Positions 45,972 through 51,010 of a stretch of DNA of 51,010 bases are shown piece by piece. The DNA lies in the IMG/VR virus record IMGVR_UViG_3300043219_000087, positions 1 through 51,010 of that record. The stretch is one strand, 5' to 3'. Source of the DNA: a virus (taxonomy: Duplodnaviria; Caudoviricetes). The position numbers and the translations under genes were made by a program. Position 1 is the stretch's first letter, and the number at the start of each line of letters is the position of its first letter. Under the pieces are notes generated by a model. That model searched no databases. It had not been told where the DNA came from and saw only the letters and a list, made by a program, of their open reading frames with translations.

Positions 45972-46274
45972 TTAGAACGGCACAGTGGCATGTTGCCGCC
46001 GTGCATTCACTTCATTAGTCACGATCTCCAGATTCTCTTTTCGGCAGTCCAGTCTATCACGGTTAAGATGGTCCACCGTCAAATCCGAAAAGCAATACAT
46101 CACCAAACGATGCAGCCGTAAAGTCAAAACTCGATTCCCAACCCGCACACTGGTACACGGATATTCACCGTGTCTGCTATCTTTGGCAAACCAACTAAAC
46201 CGGCTTAGCCATTCATAATCTTCATTGTCTACCAGCACAAGGAAATCACGATTTGAGAGTTTTATTTCTCGCAT
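45972..46274 (-). CDS. HNH endonuclease
   Basis: LVD.EDYEWL..F.W...LHRLVM...VDHLNRDRLDCRKENL. Confidence 0.88.
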   Translation of the reverse strand: MREIKLSNRDFLVLVDNEDYEWLSRFSWFAKDSRHGEYPCTSVRVGNRVLTLRLHRLVMYCFSDLTVDHLNRDRLDCRKENLEIVTNEVNARRQHATVPF

Positions 46275-46924
46275 GTTATTTGCTCCGATGTGGTTTGTGT
46301 ATGGTCTCATTGCAGCGTCTTTGGTCTTTGCAATCAAGACAACTTACACTACAATTCCAGGGAGCGGGAAGCTCGTCCTCCAAACCATACTCACTTTGGA
46401 TTTCAACATCTGGCTCAACGTCAGGAATTATATCCTTGCCATGAGTTTCACCGGCTTCAAACCCATCCTTCGGGATTAGATTCCCATGACTATCTTTGTC
46501 AAACTTGTTTTTATCAAAATCAATATCATTCACTTTATTTCTCCAAAATATGTTAATGCCGTATGTATTCGCCATTCTGATTCACCAAGAATTTTTAGAG
46601 AATCGCTGCTTGATAGTTGAGCAGGCCAGCCATCATTCCGTTGGCCTTTTGTTAACAATGGGACTTTACATGTTTTGTTCAAAAACGGGTGGTTAAGAAT
46701 ATTGGCGAACAATAACGCGGTTTTAAGCCCACGAGCAAAACTCCATCCAATTTTTAGCCCACCTATTCCAGTTTTATAATTCCACCATTCAATCTGTTTA
46801 ATAGTCTTAATGGCAAAACTATAAAGCTTTTTGGTTTTTAGAAAACAAATATAGCATAGTGGATATATTCCTGATTCTTGTAAAGCCCATCGCATCTGAC
46901 ATTTTTTACACAAACAGGCTTTCA

Positions 46925-47182
46925 TTATAAAACCTCCACTTTCTGTTTAGTCATCAACACTGATTCCTGCTTATTGTAGCCTTTTATTTTCAGGGCTATT
47001 AGCTGCAAATAGTGTTCGGCTGCTGGATTATCTGTGATGATTTCAAACACTATAGATTTTTCACCTACACCATCATAACACCCATTTGTATCATACAATG
47101 TGTAGTTTGGAAAGTTTTCAAAAATAATACATCGCATCCATTCAACATTTATTCGTTCTGTGTAAATTCGATATATGTTCAT
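46925..47182 (-). CDS. candidate minimal SAM lyase-like / ferredoxin-fold protein
   Basis: GCYDGVGEKSIVFEI ... IA......KQESVL pattern; GGAGG RBS. Confidence 0.45.
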   Translation of the reverse strand: MNIYRIYTERINVEWMRCIIFENFPNYTLYDTNGCYDGVGEKSIVFEIITDNPAAEHYLQLIALKIKGYNKQESVLMTKQKVEVL

Positions 47183-47195
47183 TTCATCCTCCAAT

Positions 47196-47459
47196 TTATA
47201 TTTTCTCAAATACTCCAACATGTGCTTGAAATTGTCCTACTTCTGTCACGCCATAGAAAAGGCCAACTTTCATTTTCTCAAGAAATTGACCTATTGTTAA
47301 CGCCATTTCTCCACGTTGACCACAACCGGAGCTATCGACAAACAAGCTATCAATTTCACGGTAGCCTTTTATCGGCTTATCGCCAACAAAAGGAATTTTT
47401 GGTAAACTTTCCATGTCCATGCCGTCTACTTCTGCTATCATTGGCTTTTGTTTTTTCAT
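47196..47459 (-). CDS. conserved hypothetical protein
   Basis: FVDSSG.G...E.ALT...GQFQ motif; GGAG RBS. Confidence 0.65.
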   Translation of the reverse strand: MKKQKPMIAEVDGMDMESLPKIPFVGDKPIKGYREIDSLFVDSSGCGQRGEMALTIGQFLEKMKVGLFYGVTEVGQFQAHVGVFEKI

Positions 47460-47581
47460 TTTCAATTCTCCAAAATATTTGTCAACTCTATCAAGACGGG
47501 AATCCGACTGACTACGTTCTGCTATTCCGGTCATTCCCTATACCGGCAGGTTGGATTAAAGCACCATTCTACATCATATGA

Positions 47582-47842
47582 TTACAGTAACATCGGTTGT
47601 TTCTTTGCTGCTTTGGCTTTTGGGTCATTCAGGTTGTTTAGAGACTTTTGTAATTGCTCTAACAGTTTTGTTTCGATGACATTCACCTGTTCGTCAGTGT
47701 GTTCATAACCATCGCCGACACAATTCCCAAGTAATTCGATTGCATAGATGGCCCGATGCAGCCTTGCGTTTGCGACACGCTTGAAATGGTTTATAGCTGT
47801 TTCTGTTTTGGTTGTTGCTTTGGTTTTTGTTTCTGTTGCCAT
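47582..47842 (-). CDS. small helical conserved hypothetical protein
   Basis: FKRVA..R...AI..I.LLGN....YE.T.EQV pattern. Confidence 0.7.
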   Translation of the reverse strand: MATETKTKATTKTETAINHFKRVANARLHRAIYAIELLGNCVGDGYEHTDEQVNVIETKLLEQLQKSLNNLNDPKAKAAKKQPMLL

Positions 47843-47907
47843 AGTTTTATTTCCTTTTAATGAATTAATATAATCACTTGTTTTTTGGCCGACGATATTT
47901 TTTACGT

Positions 47908-48093
47908 TCATATTACAATCTCCGTTTTGGTTTTAACACGATGGTAATGCCCACAACTACCGCAACACACTACCAGCATTTCCTTTGCTTTATAATAGCC
48001 GATTTGCCCGTTGTATAGTATATTGTGGTTAACATCATTTGAACCTGCATAACTACCTAAACTTTCATATTGTTTTTTGGTTAACTTTTTCAT
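47908..48093 (-). CDS. hypothetical protein
   Basis: CGSCGHYH motif. Confidence 0.5.
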   Translation of the reverse strand: MKKLTKKQYESLGSYAGSNDVNHNILYNGQIGYYKAKEMLVVCCGSCGHYHRVKTKTEIVI

Positions 48094-48619
48094 AATTTAG
48101 CCCTTATTAAATTTATTTTTAATACCGAACAGCTTAAACAATTTCGGCATTATATCTGTTGTGAAGTAAAACCCAGCTTTATAGTGACAGTAGGAATCAT
48201 AAATTAGCATTGTACTGCTTACTAAGATTAGAACACTCAATATTATTATTTTCATCAGCACATTTCACCTTAAATTTAATAGCAATTCCGGTTTATTCCG
48301 CAACAAAGAATATAATTCAGGGTGTTCGATTCTCTTGTGCGTGTTTATGCTCTTTAGGTTTATTTGTTTGCTGTTGCGGACACGTCGTCTCTTTTTTGTG
48401 GGTTTTATCATCCTCATATTTTCACCTTAACCTGTTTTAATCAATATAACAAAGAAACAACTTGTCCGACACTGTTTTGTATTTAACAACAACGCCGAAC
48501 CGCCTGTCATCTCTAATTATAACTTGTTTAATAATTCCATTCCTAAACTTGTCACCTACCCCAACAGGGCTTTTAAGTTTATAGTGTTTGGTCATTTGCA
48601 TTTTATTTACTCCAATTTA

Positions 48620-48856
48620 TTATCCTATTTGTCTATGTTTCTTGCCGGACGGCACTGCAAACCCATCAAGCATATATGTAAAGTTTATTCTTGGGGCTTT
48701 CAATGCAAGCTTGTTATGTTTGATAATTGCTATGCCTTGCGTTTCGGCCAATTTTTCATCAACACTAAAAAGCGTTATGCTCTTTGTATCTTGTTTTATA
48801 CGATTTGCCAATGCAAGTTTACGCTTTGCGTTGTTAGACTTTTTGCGTCTTAACAT
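48620..48856 (-). CDS. basic hypothetical early protein
   Basis: GGAG RBS downstream of the promoter at 48922-48949. Confidence 0.55.
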   Translation of the reverse strand: MLRRKKSNNAKRKLALANRIKQDTKSITLFSVDEKLAETQGIAIIKHNKLALKAPRINFTYMLDGFAVPSGKKHRQIG

Positions 48857-48921
48857 TTTGTTTCTCCAAAATATTTGTTCGGTCAACATTCCATTGTCGA
48901 CGTCTAATTGTCTCTATATAA

Positions 48922-48960
48922 AGTATAACACATATTTTTAAGAATGCAAGTAAAATCTTT
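48922..48960 (-). promoter_or_regulatory. sigma70-type early promoter TTGCAT-16-TATACT with extended -10
   Basis: Shares AAAGATTTTACTTGCATT with the promoter at 50207-50246. Confidence 0.65.
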
Positions 48961-49298
48961 TATTTATTTTCTTTTAGGCTTAAAGCATGTGTCACAACGA
49001 TATTTATTTTTTCTTTGTTTGCCATTTATAAGCAATGTTTTACATTCAACACAAAATTCTTGTGTCGGTTTTCGATTTTTAATGTAAAGTAGCGTACCAT
49101 TTATATTATATATCATAGTTCTTTATCCTTATGCAATTTGTCAACAGCAAAAAGCTTGTTAAATGCATTGATGCTATAACTACCTGTCTGAAGTTTTACG
49201 CGTTTGTCTCTTTGCTTGTTCCCTATTCTTGACAATGCTTCAGCTTCTGCCAATGCATCTGCTTCGATTTGTTCTTTATATGTCATTTGTGGTATTCC

Positions 49299-49496
49299 TT
49301 ATAATATTTCGTCTCTAATATATTCATAAAGCATAGTAGTACAAACATTGACCGGATTATTTGCTTTCCAGTTGTTCGCACAAATATCATCTACTATCCG
49401 CGTATCAAAATCTACATGTCTACATATAACATCCTCATTAAATCCTTTTGCCCATAATTCTGTTAAGGCTTTGCTTCGATATTTTGTAAAACACAT
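49299..49496 (-). CDS. hypothetical protein
   Basis: TAAGGAG RBS. Confidence 0.6.
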   Translation of the reverse strand: MCFTKYRSKALTELWAKGFNEDVICRHVDFDTRIVDDICANNWKANNPVNVCTTMLYEYIRDEIL

Positions 49497-49676
49497 TTTA
49501 TCTGCTCCTTACATTAGATTTAGTATAATCAACGTTGGACACTGTTCGTCCCGCCCAGAATTGCAAGGCATCATATCGCCCAATAATTCTTTACAATTCC
49601 TGCAAATCTCATCTATCATTTTTTCTTCTGTTTCTATGTCCATTTTATTTGCTCCTTTTCTAATTAAGGACTACTC

Positions 49677-49853
49677 TTAGTTAATTATTTCAAAATTAAC
49701 ATCACAAATAACGCCAGCAGCACCTACATAAAGTACAATAGTTTCATCATCGTATAATGTGCGAACATAATCTATTGCTTCATCATTAGTTACGATACCA
49801 TCAGGCACTTCGATTACTTTTTGTGTAGTTTCTGTTATTTGTACTCTTTTCAT
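49677..49853 (-). CDS. DpnD/PcfM-like protein
   Basis: V.ITET.QKVIEV......EAI..V..LY.DE.IVL. Confidence 0.65.
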   Translation of the reverse strand: MKRVQITETTQKVIEVPDGIVTNDEAIDYVRTLYDDETIVLYVGAAGVICDVNFEIIN

Positions 49854-49939
49854 TTTATTCTCCAATTCATTTATAGTAGTGCGATATATGCAAATAGTGT
49901 TAACCATAGTATTATTTTGTAGTCTTTCATATAACCACC

Positions 49940-49968
49940 ATTGTACCATAAATCTATTTACTTGTCAA
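49940..49968 (-). promoter_or_regulatory. strong sigma70-type early promoter TTGACA-17-TACAAT
   Basis: Perfect -35, near-consensus -10 with TG extension, upstream A-tract (UP-like). Confidence 0.8.
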
Positions 49969-50168
49969 GTGTTTTTTTTTTCAAATAAAAGGTTGTTTCT
50001 CTTTGCAGCCAAAAACCCATTTAATTCTTGTATCAACGCTGATTCTGTTTGCTGTAGTGCCTTGATTTGTTTTCGGATTTGTTTTAACTCGTGTTTAGTA
50101 TCACAAGCTTTGTTATGATAGTAAGTGGATGATGTACCTTCTGGTGGTGTTATTGACGATTTTTCCAT
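49965..50168 (-). CDS. small coiled-coil early protein
   Basis: GGAG RBS downstream of the promoter at 50207-50235; exact start uncertain. Confidence 0.5.
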   Translation of the reverse strand: MEKSSITPPEGTSSTYYHNKACDTKHELKQIRKQIKALQQTESALIQELNGFLAAKRNNLLFEKKNT

Positions 50169-50206
50169 CTTCATATCTCCAATATAGTTTCTCATTGACT
50201 ATATAT

Positions 50207-50246
50207 AGTCTAACACACAAACAACAACAATGCAAGTAAAATCTTT
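50207..50246 (-). promoter_or_regulatory. sigma70-type early promoter TTGCAT-17-TAGACT with extended -10
   Basis: 18-bp identity with the promoter at 48922-48960 around the -35. Confidence 0.65.
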
Positions 50247-51010
50247 GGAATTATCAAGTATTTATGAATATTCTCATTTACTGTTCTGGTTGTAATGATT
50301 GTAGTGGTTATTCTTTGTTGTGAATGTCAATCCACTCTTCTGGTGTAATATCATCCATTGGTTCTTGCATTAGTTGCTGTCGTTGGCATTTAAGGCAAAA
50401 GAATCGTCCATGTGCTTTGCTGATAGGTGTTCGGTGAATATGACATATTAGCACGCCATTTTCATATTCTGTGTTATACATGGTCTTACTCCAATTTAGT
50501 AGCAGAATTACTACCTATACAAATTATACACTATATTGATACGCAATGCAAATACAATCTTATGATTATTCGATATTTTCTAAGTTTCTCAACAATTTAT
50601 CCAGCATTATTCTGGTTGTATCAATTATAACGATTGTATAAGGTGACATTTGTGTTTGTCCCTATATTGTGACATTTGAGTATAAAGCTTGTAAGTGCCA
50701 TACAATAGCTTTCAACGAATTCGGACGTGGCGTTATTAGGCTTGTAATGGGTGTTGCCAGATAAATTTGCATAGTTGTAGGATAATACCAGTAAAATTCG
50801 GCTAAATAATGCTTGTTTTGTATGATTCAAGCTTGTTATCCATGATATTATACTCATTGCCAGATAAACGGATAAATTTAACTTACTTTACTCTATGTAC
50901 TATCTATGTTACTACTATTACACTACTATGTTATTACTACTTCCATGTACTGTTATGCTACGCTTATTGCTCCAGATAGTAGGGAGTAAGTAAGGTAGTA
51001 TATTATCTGT

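Noticed and set aside
50884-51010. Biological direct terminal repeat
   Set aside because: The length is exactly 127 nt, a standard assembler k-mer; best read as circular overlap.

Overview
The window is an apparently complete, circularly assembled tailed-phage genome of about 50,883 bp; bases 1-127 equal bases 50884-51010, which is most likely assembler overlap. It has two arms. The + strand arm (about 0.9-29.7 kb) carries a cluster of putative structured RNAs plus tRNA-His, GroES, a membrane-anchored trypsin-like protease, terminases, portal, NinG, scaffold, major capsid, minor virion proteins, adaptor, nozzle, tail fibre and probable ejection proteins. No tape measure or sheath is recognisable, so the virion is probably podovirus-like. 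The - strand arm (about 50.2 to 29.7 kb) carries sigma70-type early promoters, many small early genes, a nucleotide-metabolism trio, a family A DNA polymerase, a Cas4-like nuclease/Sak4-like ATPase/SSB-like module and a Toprim-D5 primase-helicase. A repeat-rich non-coding region of about 1.5 kb separates the divergent arms. I recognised no integrase, reverse transcriptase, CRISPR array or endolysin. The best leads are: (1) three unexplained structured RNAs in tandem before the tRNA; (2) a non-sigma70 promoter-like motif shared by the heads of the late and replication operons, next to a sigma-region-4-like HTH gene; (3) a repeat-bounded tandem of tiny membrane-peptide genes; (4) domain-shuffled and split virion proteins; (5) a candidate minimal SAM lyase. 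All protein family calls come from motif recognition by eye, not from database searches.
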